NCBI GenBank assembly: GCA_008632985.1 | Contig: QPGO01000118.1 | Location: 124,001 to 188,000 of the forward strand | Length of the DNA: 64,000 bases | Reading direction: 5' to 3' | Origin: Psammoneis japonica | Taxonomy: Eukaryota | Shown here: piece by piece, positions 48,853-62,352 of the stretch | Position numbering within the stretch: position 1 is the stretch's first letter | Layout of the letters: the number at the start of each line of letters is the position of its first letter | Position numbers and translations under genes: made by a program | The notes under the pieces: generated by a model | Database searches by the model: none | What the model was told of the DNA's origin: nothing | Seen by the model: only the letters and a program-made list of their open reading frames with translations

Positions 48853-49805
48853 GTGCACTGAACAAAAGCCGGCACATTGTCGTGACATGAAGCGCATCTC
48901 CCGCAGCAAACCACAGTCTCCCAAATCTGGTCCAAGTTGCTGATCAACGCATGTTGAGCAGTGAACGGATGATGTTGGGGTGACACTGTCTCTTGTCCTC
49001 TGCAGCTGTGTCATTCCCTGTGTGAAACAACAACCTCAACATGATCCCACCCCATGGAATGCTGCCCAATCCCTTGCCTGTTGTGCCACGTTGCCGAAAT
49101 GGATCTGACGAATCTCTTTTTCATCAGACACATCGCACTTCTTTCCCGATGACATTCCACCCAACTCAACCTGGTGTTGCTTTGCCGCTGCCATGTCACA
49201 AAACAGCGTTGACCAATGTTCCATCTGGCCATTGCCCCCCCCCCCCCCCCCCCCCCCGGTGCATCTGGCCCTGTTCAGCATGGAGAACAGCCTTGACACA
49301 AAATTGAGGCTGTGTTGTTCTCCCACATGTTGGGTGAACAAACGCGGTCACGTGTTTGTTTGTCACTCAAAAAAGGGGTTTGACAGACCATTTCATCCGC
49401 AGCATTGTGCTGATGATGTTTGATGCAAAAATCTTTGCACTCAAGAGCAGTGCAGTGGGAAGAGCAATGTGCACAATCCAAACCACCTTGGTGACTTTGC
49501 AAAATGGCTGGTGCATCCAAGCCACATTAGATTGGCTTTGAAGGGAAAAAAGGCACGCAGAAAAATCATTGATGCGCACTGCTTTCAAACCAAAGAATGC
49601 AAAAGATCCACAGTGGCTGAGGCAAGGGACTGCATCAAGTGCACTGCTTCCATTTCCCATCTGTTCCTTGCCTGACAAAATGCATGTTGATGCCTCCTAG
49701 AATGAAAGCCAAGCTCAAAGTCAAACGATTGCCACTGGCATCAACTCCGGTGAGGAGGCTGCCCATGACTGTGACAATGACACAACTTGGGCGGAGACGG
49801 ATGAC

Positions 49806-50615
49806 ATGGATGACGAACATCAAATTTTGACTGGGGCAGAGAGTGAAGAAGTGTTCCACAATGCTGGCAGATTGTTGGCAATTGGCATGGAAGTCAGTGG
49901 CAATTTAAATGGAAGTGACAAAGATGCGCGCGATGGCATTCAAACTCAATGCCTGCAGGAACTTGGACATGACGTTTGCACAATTGACAAGAGGATGCAC
50001 TGTGCTTCCTCACCAAAGCACACAGAGTGCGATGTTCTAAGTTTGCACAGATCAGCAGAATGGAAGAGATCATCCAAAGAGACAAAGTTTGATCACATTT
50101 GCTTTGACTGCGTGCATTCAAACCCGGTGCATCTCTCGGCTTCAGCTCCAAAGGGACCTTTTTTCCGAGATGCACTCAGGGAGCTGCTGCTGTTGCTGAC
50201 GGAAACTGGGATTTTCTTCTTGCATGTGCACAATCTTGCTTTTTTGGAGTTTTGGGTCAAATGGAAGAAACGGCATGTGTCAGAAGAGTGCACTGTTTGC
50301 TTCTTGTGTGAAGAGCAAGTGTGCGACGAGGTCCCCATCCTTCGAGATGAGGCACAAGCAGACATCTCTGCCTGTGGAAAGTTTTGCACAAGGGAGGAGT
50401 GCATGAAGGATCATGAGTTAAAACAGGAAGAGGTGAAACGTCTTGCACAAACAGGTGAAGCTACATTGGCGCATTTTCCAAATTTTGGAGGTCCAGTCAA
50501 ATGTGTCGGATTGGCCAGACAAAGAAAGGACCCTTGCCATGTTCCAGTTTTTGCCGGTGACAACTGTGAGTGTTGTCCAACATGCAGTCTCAAGAGACAC
50601 AAGCGTTTTCTGTGA
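49806..50615 (+). pseudogene. Class I SAM-dependent methyltransferase-like ORF, decayed
   Basis: LLAIGM, LQELGHDVCTID, ECDV, KFDHICFDC and LRELLLLLTETGIFFL follow Rossmann MTase strand order once H/C are read back as Y. Confidence 0.45.
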
Positions 50616-53600
50616 TGCCCACATTGCAGGCCAGCTCCCATCCAAAAGACTGTGCAGTTTGATCTTGACTGCAAAGATGCACCTGACTCTGCATGTGGAA
50701 TAAAAAACAGCAAGAAAACCAAGGAAGAATCTTTCCTCCAGGAAATCAAACAGCACGACGCCGACATCTTGTCAGTTGTTGGAGGAAGAAGGACCAACCA
50801 CATGGGGTGGGAGGCAAGAACTGGGGTTTGTCATCAACACGTCCCAAAAGCATTGGCAACAATTTGAACAACAAAAGAGAAGTCAAGCAAAAATTCTGCC
50901 TGAAACAACCTCGCCGGAAGTCCAACAAGCCATCTGACACGTTCGACAATGAAATCCTTTTTGTTGAAAAACCAGGCAGGGAGGGAACAAGGTGTTCCCT
51001 CATCATCCAATTCAAGCTGCGTGCAATGGCACACAGTGCAATGGGTCTGAATGCTTTAGAGCAAATGTGTTGGCACCTTCAATGCAAGCAGAGATTCTAC
51101 GTTTGGATGCAAATCACCCCCATGCCGGGCAGGTGATCCAACTCATCCACTCGTTTTGAACCCAGACGCAATGGAGGGAATTGCCAACGATGACGTGTTC
51201 AGGTTGTGCAAGTTTGACAAAAGAATTCTTGGATTGGGTTTGTCAACACAGCTTGGAAACATTGTTGAACAGGGGCTGAGCAGTGGGTCAGCACGAGAGT
51301 TTTTACTTTCTGCAAAGTTTGACCGTTCATTTTGAGGGACTGTTGCCAAAGATTTTGGCATGAATGGAGTGATTGCTCAAGGTTGGAGCCGCAATGGTGG
51401 ATCAGGTGTTGCAAAACCTGGAATGATGGAAAAGGAAAAAGATCTCTCTGCCAGGTGCAGACAGTGGATTTTGCAACTGACCAAGATTTTGGTTCACGTC
51501 ATGTGCCAAAAAGCTTTGCAGGGAACACCAAGGTCTTCCCAAGGAGAAATGTTGGAAGAAAGATGAAGGTTGTCTGAGAAATGCCAAGCCGGGTTGGGTT
51601 GCCCAGAACAATTGCGAGGTGTGTCAAAACTCAATGAGGCGGGATCTCACATGACCAGTTGCCCTCTAAAACACTTCGACTCAGAAAACAAGTGGGAATT
51701 CCTCTTGGATGACATCAGCAATGGTGTTGTGTTCATTGATGATTGGCGGGATTACAACATTGGTGAAGATTTGGTGGATGAGCTGAAAAGGCATTCTGTG
51801 CCCATCACAAACACAATGTTCAACCATGCATCGTACAACAGAGAGATTGTCGGAATCCAGTTGTGAAAGCCACTGTTCAAGATGGATTGTGAACATGCAA
51901 ATGCCCTGTTGGAACAACTGGAATCGCCGGCAGATGGCTTCAACCTTTCCACAATGGAGAACACTGATGATGTTCAGTGCACCACCCAACACATTGGGGA
52001 TCACCTTCAGCAATTTGACAGTGGCGATCATAAGGGCATGACCTTCTCCTGGGATCAATCGCCCACAGCTGGTTCAATTTCACATTTTGCTGTGAGGGAT
52101 GCGTTGCTTTCCACCACAGAGACGAACTCGCGGCATTTGTGGGTGTGGAATTCAGTGGTGCACCTCTTGTTGCTCTGGTTGCATTGAGGGAATCTGTGAA
52201 ACCCGAAAACCAAGAATCTGTGAAGACTTTGTTGCAGAAAAATGAAATGGGATTGTTGCATTGCTAATCAGTGTCGATGATGAAGCAATTGAAGAACAAC
52301 GGTGACATGAGCGGAACAACGTGCTTGATGTTGCAGAGATTTCAATGCATGGATCCTTCGTTGACCAACATTGAGGAGATGTGAATCTGCTGTGCATTCA
52401 TTTCCAGTCAATTTGATGTTCTGCAGGTGCAAAGGATGCTGATGGAAGTCATGAATCTGCCAGGGAACTTTTGTTTTGTCGCGAAGCCAGGAAGAAAAAC
52501 TCACCCAAGCAGTGGTTGCCGAGCGTGAGGTTGGACAATGTGCACGTGGCTTTGACGATCCAGTTGGCTTCCATGATGGGACAAATCCCCCCTTGAAATG
52601 CCGCAGAGGCGCGCATGTCCAAGGGCAATTCTGGACTTGTCTCTTTGTCGACATGTGTGTTGTGGGGAAGGAAGCACACGCGAGAGGTGAACGGATCTCC
52701 TCATTGAAGGCAAGGGAAGTTGTTCAAAATGCAATTGAAGTTGCAAGAAAAAATGGCAGAAGACCAACTTGGGCCAAATGTGACCCACCAGGCTGCAGGG
52801 AATGTCAATCGATGAACAACATGTTGCACAAGGATCCATGCCACCTCGCATCTGGCGAGCGTGGTGTGTTGCCCATTCGCTCTTTGGAACATTCGAACAA
52901 GTCGACAAGCGGTTTGTAGCCTGACAAATCGGAGCACAGGATTGAACATTTCATTGGTGATCAATGGCATGATTTGTCAACTCATGTTGATGTTTGCTTT
53001 TGTGGCAAGTCAAAGCATGACTTGACAAAGCACAAGGGTTTGTTCGAATTCCGAGAATCAAAACTGAGTGGGACCAACCAGTGCTTTTAGACAAATTAGC
53101 AAGTTTTTGCTGATCACTCTAGTCACTGACAGAAGGAGCAACAAGGAGTGGAACCAACAGATGCTTTTAGACAGGTTGACATGCTTTTGCAGCTAACTCA
53201 TCAGAGCGCTGACAGAATGCTTAAAAAACATTTACGAGTGTTTCCTTTTTCCCAAGGTGCGTTGTCGTTTCTCTTTTCCTCACTTCCTGCATTTGTCTGA
53301 GTGAAGCTGGAGCACTTTGTTGGACAGGAAATAATTTGGCCAGTCATTGTGTCTGTCAGCAACAAACAACAATGAGTTCGAGCATCCCACCACTTCAACA
53401 TTGTCTCCATTGCAGTTGTCAGGAACCAGGACAGAAAAAACCCCATTGCAATTGCGTCTCTGCCAGCACACCAAAATTTTGGGATTGTCTGAGAATCTCT
53501 GCCACAACCAACAGTTGTTGTTTCAAGTTCCCAGTGCTCAACCGCACCATTGGAAGACATGTCACGCAACGTCTTCGTCTGTTCCTTGCATGACTGTCCT

Positions 53601-56600
53601 GCGGCAAGTGGCGTTGTTCCGTCATCAGCCAACACAAAACCACGGAGCACAAAAGGGCACCTTTTCTTCTGACCAGTTCCCTCTTTGTACAAGACCCTGG
53701 GTGTGTCATGCCACAACCCATTGTTGTTGCAATTGGGGTGTCCCCGCATTAAAATCCCTTTCTCTGGGCCGGTGTGGCAAACTCCGAGCAAACAACAACT
53801 TCGCTGCACTTGGTGGACAGTTCCTCCGTTGGCGACAACAAAAAATGCAGCAGGGTAGAGTCCAACTCTGCAGTTTCCGGGACGACCAGGATCTTGTTGC
53901 TGCCTGAACACTGGTGGCAAGTTTGGGCAGTTCTGTTCAAAACAAACAAGGGGTGCATCAATTTTTCTTCAGAGGAAGACACGCTCGCCTGACCAACTGT
54001 GGGAGGGATGAGAAGGCCACGTGCCTTCTCAAGAACTGCCATGTCATGCAAACGAACAACAAGTTGGTCCAAGAAATTGTCTGCACCCAATGCAACCTGG
54101 CAAGTTTTTGCCAGAAGCTTGGCCCAGAACTTCAGGTGACTCTCTCCAGTCATGGCAGAGAAATTCGCAATCTGGCCACAAAGGAAAGAGTCGATGATGA
54201 GATGCAGCATAGAGTGGAACTTGGCAGTCCCGAACAAGCAAGTGTTCCTTGCATGACAAAGGCATGATTTTATCTTGAACATGAGCAGGACGATGCAGCA
54301 CTTGAAATCCACCTTTCCTGTTTTTCCATGGAGTCCCTTGCCGTAGAGACAAAACAAATGGAAAAGCAGCATGTGATGCAACAAGTCCAACAATTCATCA
54401 ACTCCACAATCGATGGATTTTTCAGCTGTCGTTTTGTCATCTACGATCTTCATGAAGGTGTCCAGAAGTTTGTTTTCTGTTTCAGCACAAATGACAGTGC
54501 TTGGCAATTTTGTCTTTGCAAGAAGAAAGTGCTGTCTGTCTGCACACCTTGCAAAGTTGTCCCGATCATCCACTGAACCAACGACAAGACCATGTGGTCC
54601 GGGCATCGACAATTGATCAGGTGAAGTCTCAACAGTGCGTTGTTTCCGTCTCAATGATTTGGTTTCACCCCATGCAATCTTCTGGCACAACAAAAAGCGA
54701 TTGTCATCTGGTTGATTGGAAAATGGTTCCCAAAATTCAGAAAGGCCGTGACCATGCATCTGTTGCATCACACAGTTGCGGTGATGGAAATCGGATGGAT
54801 CGTGGGCAACATCAGACCATGTCTCTTTAGGAAATGCAACAGGCGCATTCTCATCAACCGGGGTTGTGTTTGTTTTGCCAGTTTGTTCATTTGATGGTTC
54901 AACAGGATCAGGGTCCTCATTGTTGGGTTCACTTTCTGATGATTTGGCGGGTTGTTCTTCTTGTTGCTTCTTTCCTTTAAAGCCGTCAGCCGTCTTTTTC
55001 TTTTTGCTGTCAAAGGATGGATCGCACCTTTTTTCCAGCAGTTTTCTGCCAGCATGTGTGTGGCCAATGATTGCAAGTGCAAGAAGCTTGCCCATCTTCT
55101 CGTCACATGCAAGTTGACCAAGTGTGGAAAGTCCCCCGTTAACTCAAATTCGTGGATGGTCACGTCTCTGACCTGGACGGCAATGGGATGAGCAGAACAA
55201 TTCAGATGCAATCCAGTTGTGCTCCTCTTTCTGTTTGGCGGACATCTCTCCTGTCATTGCCTCCATCATTTGAGGGACAATGCTCACCTCCAACACACGC
55301 ATCATGTCAGCAACAGTCATGCCAAATGCACCACGTGGGTTGTCGCCCATGTCAAGTGGAAAGCAAGCATTGTCCACTGCATGCTGTCCAAACACTTTCC
55401 TCAACATTTTGGAGCACATGGTCATTCGGCAAATGAGGGAGGAAGCTGGCTCAGTCTCAGCCTTTTTTTTAATGTCATTGCACAGTGCTTCAGTGCTTCC
55501 GGGCAACACTTTTAACACACTGGTGCCAACGGCTGTTGTCATCCTCTGGATCGGGACCCAATGCAGCAACAGTGAGCAACTCAATGAAAGCTTGGTTGAA
55601 GAATTGGCAGACATGGAGGGGATCATCAGACAGGTGGGAGGGCACATGGCAGTTGTGAGACAACCTCTCAGTCTTGCTTCGGCTCATGACTCTTCCACAA
55701 ATGCATTCTTGATCAAGGACATCCCCCAACAGGGAGTTGCAATGTGTCATGGCTCTGACACAGTGGCATTGAGTGCCTGTTGTTGCATGAACAATGGGTG
55801 GATTCGCCTGGCAATGAAGCAGACTGTGGAGAACCTCCTTGAGAATGCAGCGACAGTTGGCAACAACAAGGTGCCCAAGCTTGTCTTTCTTGTCCAAATT
55901 GGGTGTGAATCCAAGTGGATGCCAACAACGACAGTCACGGCATGCATCCTCTTGAATCATGGCAAGTGAGCACATTGCAGGCTCCATCCCATGAGGATTG
56001 ACCACATCAATTCCGGTCTTGTCCGAGCAATTGACAAGGTGAACGTGAAAATCAGAGGCTGTTTCCTTGGCATTGGAGCAACATTGTTGCCACTCGCCAT
56101 CACCCATGTCTTGACTTTGAGTGGACAATCACCAGTCACCAGGATGGTCCGGGAACGACATCTCAACATCCTCAGCCTAGCTGGCGTTGGAGTCCAAATT
56201 GCCATCAGTGGGGGCTGGCACACAAGGTGACCAAATGTCGTTTGGATTGACCTGCAACTTGGAAAGATCACGGAACATTGGCTTGGTGAAGAGATCCTGC
56301 AGGGTCTCGGTGAAACTGCAAACTGGGAAAGCTGGGGAGCGATGACATTTGGTCCATCCTTCTGTTGCTGTGTTGGGTTGTTGCATTCAAGCATCACAGC
56401 AGCAGTGCGGGGGAGAGGAACATTGGGGGGTGGCCCCAGGAGTTGCTTCATTGCCACGGCGGTGTGATGGGGGGCTTTGACACATCCAGTCTTTTTTCTG
56501 CATGCTCTTTGTGCAAAATTCTCATCACTTTGACAATGAAGTCAATTGCAACACCTGACCGACGACACAAATGCAGCAAACATGCCATGGGTGCAATGCT

Positions 56601-57278
56601 GGGTGAGCAAACTGGAGGTGCATCAAAGTCCTCATCGGGTGCAACATCACGTGCCAGTCCCAGAGGATTGTGTTGATCAAAGGAAAAAACAGGCTCTTCC
56701 ATCAGATGGGAGATTGAGGGGGGCCCACAACTGCCATCGAGACGGTTGGCTCCAATGAACTCGGGGACATCCACAGGACTGTCCTCTCCAGTGGCAGACA
56801 CACCATCATCTGCAAACAAAACAAATCAATGGGCGTTTTGGGCAGCTGCGCTGGCGGCATCAATGTTGGCGGCTGAATGCAATCAACCAGAGCATCTGAT
56901 GGAGGGTGGGCGTGGTCCATTTCTGGCAGAGGGAGGGCCAGCTGGAGAAGAATTGTCAGATGGTGTGGGATGAGATGGAGCTGGATTCCAAAGGACTTCG
57001 GGGAGGGGAGGGGGGGGTTCATCGTCGGTGAAACCAAACCCAGCAGGATCATCTTGGTTGTCCAGTGATTCGTCGTCTGGAGGGGGGAGTGCATTTGTGG
57101 CATCAGAAGATGCGGCATGCCGGTGAAGGGACATTTCCTCCTTTTCGCGGCAGGGTGAGTGCTTCTGTAGATGAAGGGCAATGTTGGAAAAGGGGGCACG
57201 GCAATGGGGGCATTTGGGTTTGTTGGTGTTGGACCCAAGGGAGCCAACTGAGGTGGAATCCAGAGCATGAGAGGAAAG

Positions 57279-57710
57279 TGCCCCATGTGTGCACCAGGCG
57301 CTGAAAAAGAAGATGTGTCACGACTTTGTCGTTGTGAAAAATATGAGCTAGTTTAGAGTAGAGAAAATGGGATCGTGCGAATAGGGAATCTTGCCAAATC
57401 CCTATTCGTTCGCATTTGGATCGTATTAAATCGATCGTGCGTTCGCATTATGGATCGTGCGAATCAAGCCATCACGCGCCATGCACGAGTGATATCATCG
57501 TGTGGAATCACGCTACCATCGTGGGCCAGACGACGGGCTAGTGTGCTTCACACGGATGCTCTCTTAGCATCCTTCTGGAATTGCCTAAGACCTAGAGCCA
57601 CGCCCTCCTGTGGTCGTGCTTCCCAGGTACGTGTTAACAATACTACGTTGCCACGTACAAGAGGCTTATGCACGGTCTCGCCGTGTTGTCCAGTAGCGAG
57701 GCATACTGCA
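57279..57710 (-). repeat. Gypsy 3' LTR (mostly TA-retaining)
   Basis: Colinear without indels with 61921-62352. Confidence 0.95.
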
Positions 57711-57879
57711 CACTCCCCCATGATGAGGGCCGTTAAGTGACAGAATGTCTTACTGGTGATAGGGTACAATCTGCCGTAGATTATACGTATCTATCAGCGC
57801 TCCGTTCTGGATACGCAACGTGCCGTTGTCATATACACGGACAACTCTGGCGGGTCCTGCATAGCTGTCAGAACCGTAT

Positions 57880-60842
57880 TTATTTAGAGGATTGTTCCTG
57901 TTTGATAAGTACTAATTGCCCTACGGTATATTGATACTCCTTGCGTTTCTGATTTTCACGCTTGTTGTTTAATTGGATAAGCTTCTGCTTTCTGGTTTTT
58001 ATGTACTTCCACTTAGTACGATAGGCAATAGATAAAACCGCATCGCGTCCGAAGACCAATTGCATGGGACTTGCACGCGTGGTCGTGTGTACCGTAGCTC
58101 TAATAGCGAAGGCTACTGCGGAGAGGATGCCACTCCATGGGTCATCTTCGTCCAGTTCCATATCCTGTACTGAAAAGGAACGTACCATGTTACCAAGTGT
58201 CTGGTGTACACGTTCCACTATGGCATTTGCCTGTGGATTCCGTTTACTTATGGGTTTCTTCAAAATCCCATAGTCATTTTTAATCATCATCTGGCTAAAT
58301 TCTGCCATAAATTCTGTCCCACGGTCATAAACCACCTGGGTTGGCCACGGATATCTGCATAGCCACGTTTGTTCCACGACGTTTGCTACGACGTCTGCGC
58401 GTTTCGTAGACACTTTTTTAATCTCGAACCACCCGGTTGCTGGGTCAATCATTGTGACTGCCCATAATTGCAAGGTGTCCTTTCCGCCCTATCATATCTA
58501 TGCATAGAGTTTCCCATGGAATTATCTCTGCGACCTTTTCTGGTAGCTTCCCATAACGCTGCGTTCGGCGTTTTGTCTTCTGGCATCGATCGCACTTAAC
58601 GCACGTAGAATGCACCGTAGACCTCATACTAGGCCAATAGAAGTGCTAGGCAATAGATATTTCCGTACGTGTCTCACCTGGATGACACAGTGTCTCGTTG
58701 TACCATTCAGTTAGCGGAACCTGCAATGACTGTGGTACTACGATTTTGTCCTTATGACAGATTAACTGTCGTGATGACCCTCCCCCAAGATACGCGCGAA
58801 TGGAGTAGTCGGACGAGTCCTTAGCTCTTGAGAGTAGGCGCTTGTCCTTTTGTTGTGCTTTTTGAATGCGCTTGAAGCTAACAGGCAGAGATGGCTCATC
58901 TTGAGCGTCTGCATTAAAGGCTTCATGCAAAGGACGACTCGATGGAGTGTTTTTACATCCGGATTGGCTTCGGAAGGCAAGCTGGGTGCCAGTCGAAGGC
59001 GACTGAGAGCGTCAGCGACCAGGTTGTGGGTGCCCTTGACACAGCGTAATTCGGGACCGCACTCTTCGCATGTGACCGCCAGCGCATAACGCGCTCGGCA
59101 TTGAATGCTTTGTACGTAAGATTTTTATGATCAGTGTGTGTGACCACATGATGACCAAGGAGAGTCGTTCGAAATTCTTTCAACGTCTCCACAATGGCGA
59201 GTGATTCTCTCTCCGTTGTTGCACAATTTAATTGCGCACTGTCAAGCTTTCTGCTGTAAAAGGCAATGGGTTTGTTATTTTGGGACACAGCTGCTCCCAA
59301 TTGACATTTAGAGGCATCGTCATGTGTCTCAAAGGGTTTGTTAAAATCAGGATGTGATGACAAAACATCATCCGATGTCACCCGTTTGACGGTTTCGAAC
59401 GCCTCGTCTTCAACGGACGTCCACTTTGCGAGTCGTGTTGGCGGAGCCAAGACTTCAGAACATCTAATCCACGTGTCACGGCAGCAGCTCACCATGCCAA
59501 CAAATGAACGCAGGTCGCGTTTGTTGGTTGGGGTCGCGATTCGCTCAATGGCATCGACTTTGTCAGGCATTGGTCGTGTTCCGTCTCTGTTGACCAGATG
59601 ACCCAAGCACTCTAATTGGGTTTGACAGAAGTGAGATTTAGTTGCGTTGGCTTTTAGCCCTGCTTTCTGGACCCTCAATGAGACTTCTTCAAGTTTGTTG
59701 AGGTGATCTTCACAGGTGCCTTTCGTCACGATGAGAAGGTCATCTAAGTGCGTTCGAACGAACAACAGATCTTCAAATGAGCCTGACATGCGTTCTTGGA
59801 AAATGTCTGGCGAACCACACAATCCCATGGGCAATGCCTGCATCTCACACTTGCCCCACAGGAAGATGAGCGTGCAGAGCTTCTTGCTGTCAGCATCCAA
59901 TCGGACATGACAATGGCCCATGTTTAAATCCAGCGATGTAGCCCACACAAAGCCTTCGAGCTTAAGTGGCACATCTTGGACATGAGGAATCGGATGAGGC
60001 AATCGCTTGATCCATTTATTCAGCTCTCTGAAATCATCAATGAAACGCACCGTTAAATCTTTCTTCGGTGTGACAAATGATGGAGCTGCCCATTGGGATC
60101 GGTTGACGCGTTTGAGAACACCGATGTGCGCTGGGCGCTCTACTTCCTTGCGCAGCGTAGCTTCGCATGCACGAGGTGCTTTATGCGGACGAGCGTGGTG
60201 TGGTTCTACACCCTCCTTGAGTTGGATGTGGCAGGGTTCTCCCTTCCATTCTCCCAATGTCCCATCAAACAAGGACTCATGGCGTTTCAACAGTGCCAAA
60301 AGGTTGTTTTGTTGAACTGTAGAAAGTCCCATTGCCCCTCGCGTCATGTCCTCGAGGCAGGCCGGTGCGCACTTAGCGTCCAAAATGCGCGAAATCCGGT
60401 CGGTTTCCGAAGATGAGGCTTCTGGATCTTGAAGATAGAAGGAGGTTTCCACCGCAGCATCTACGTGCCTCATTGGCACTTCTCCATTGACTGATGGCCA
60501 CTCTGTCATCTGTTTAGAGAAGACAATGTCAATGCCTCATGTCTCCAGAATGTCACGTCCAACAATCATGTCGCACTTGCCCAACTTTCCGTTGTGCACG
60601 TGGACGGCATGCTTGGGTTCTGCAGTTTCGGATGATTCTGGTGACCGAAATTTAACGGCACAGTCGTCAGACGCACTGAATGAGCCTGCCACCGTAGTCC
60701 AGTTTGTCTCAGCCGTTGAATGGCTTCGCAGATGTTTGCAGTGTCGACTGTCGAGCAGAGTGCTGCCAGCGCCACTGTCTGGCAGTGCCTCAATGGTTTG
60801 AGTCTTGCCCTTGCCATGTTTGGTGTTCATGGCCACAAACAA
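57880..60842 (-). pseudogene. Gypsy pol: protease (ALPDSGA), RT (HLDD), RNase H, integrase (HPG..R, C..C, YDRGTEF, NPQANAIVER)
   Basis: ORFs 60537-60842, 58953-60509, 58646-58930, 58445-58627 and 57880-58473; frameshifted. Confidence 0.93.
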
Positions 60843-60973
60843 GATTGGAGCAAGATGAGTCTTTTTAACTCGTTTGGGGATTGGCCTGCAACACGTGTAC
60901 GATGGTAATTCAGTTGCTCATTTGTACATTCATCTGATGCATTAAAACCACCTGCATCATGTCGGCCCCCTTC

Positions 60974-61813
60974 TCAGGCGTCCGAATCTTCGGAACCACT
61001 TAAGTTGAGGTCGCGGAAGTGATTGAGCTCCTCCTTGTGGGCCTTGCGCTTTTTCTGAGCGTTGGCAAAGCACTCCTCGACCTTCGATCCGATGAGAGCA
61101 TTGGTGTCTTCCTCATTCCGAGGTTTTGCATCAGGCTTGCCGCCTCCGTCATTGGAATGTCCAGTCTTGACACGTTTCACGTGGTGCTTGAGCTGACGGC
61201 AATCTTCCGCATCATGTCCACAGTCAGTCCCGTGTGGCACACACGACTTCTGGGTGTTCCGCTGGGTCGTGATCAACGACTCAGGATTGTCCATTCTACG
61301 TCCCCGCTTGCGTGGAACCTTGGCATGTTGGTCCTGGTTACCTTCGGCAAGCTCGACCTGCTCGATGCGCTCGCAGAACTGCACAAATTCGGTGATGGCA
61401 TGCGCCAACGGGTCAAAATTCTGTAGCGTCATGAACTTCTGCCATGCGTTCGGCACACCGCACTCGAACATGTCGCACAGTTCGTCATTGGGCAATGGTG
61501 CCGGTGTTTCTCCATCCTCCATCACGGGTGGAAACTGAGAGATGTGGCCGTTAATTTCAACAGCCCTCGCGACACAGTCACGAGCAGAAACCTCTGCGGG
61601 CTTGCGCATGAAGCGCCGCAGATGACGCTTCTGCAGCAGCACCGCCCCATTTGGGAAGACACTTTCCTTTAGCTTCGCGATGCATGCTGCGCACGTAGCG
61701 TTGGTTTGGGATGCCTGCTTGTCAGCGGCATTGTCAAATGACGTCAGAGCATCGCCCTGTGGCAAGTCACGCTTCTTTCTTCTCCGGCCGTGCGAACGGA
61801 ATCGGCGGCTCAA
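60974..61813 (-). pseudogene. Gypsy gag, with a C-terminal CxxHxxxxxHxxxxC knuckle
   Basis: VFP..AVLLQKRHLRR.MRKP, GVPNAWQ, FCERIE and CVPHGTDCGHDAEDC; lies between the 5' LTR and the protease. Confidence 0.85.
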
Positions 61814-61920
61814 CCCGCTTCTTCATGGTCGTTTTGAGATTTGTCGGTCCTGCCAACATTTCGTAGTTTCGTTTCTGTAGATTTCGTCACCTCGCACAAC
61901 ATGCGGGAGCAATGTTGCTG

Positions 61921-62352
61921 TGCCCTGTGTGTGTGCCAGGCGCTGAAAAAGAAGATGTGTTGCGACTTTGTCGTTGTGAAAAACATGAGCTAGTTTAGAG
62001 CAGAGAAAATGGGATCGTGCGAATGGGGAATCTTGCCAAATCCCCATTCGTTTGCACTTGGATCACATTAAATTGATCGTGCGCTTGCATTGTGGATCGT
62101 GCGAATCAAGCCATCACGCGCCATGCACGAGTGATGTCATCGTGTGGAATCACGCTACCATCGTGGGCCAGACGACGGGCTGGTGTGCTTCACACGGATG
62201 CTCTCTTAGCATCCTTCTGGAATTGCCTGAGACCTAGAGCCACGCCCTCCTGTGGTCGTGCTTCCCAGGTGCGTGTCAACAATGCTGCTTTGCCATGCAC
62301 AAGAGGCTTGTGCACGGTCTCGCCGTGTTGTCCAGCAGCGAGGCACACTGCA
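61921..62352 (-). repeat. Gypsy 5' LTR (TA-edited)
   Basis: Colinear with 57279-57710; differs mainly by loss of TA. Confidence 0.95.

Larger units (their letters stand above)
57279..62352 (-). mobile_element. Full-length Ty3/Gypsy LTR retrotransposon, inactivated (432-bp LTRs, TSD AAAG)
   Basis: LTRs 57279-57710 and 61921-62352 with TG...CA ends; AAAG at 57275-57278 and 62353-62356; PPT GGGGGAG next to the 3' LTR; domain order gag-PR-RT-RH-IN. Confidence 0.96.

Noticed and set aside
58953..60509. Alternative genetic code or recoding to explain the Tyr-free RT ORF
   Set aside because: Neighbouring genes use Tyr and TAA/TAG normally, and the same change affects non-coding LTRs and MITEs.
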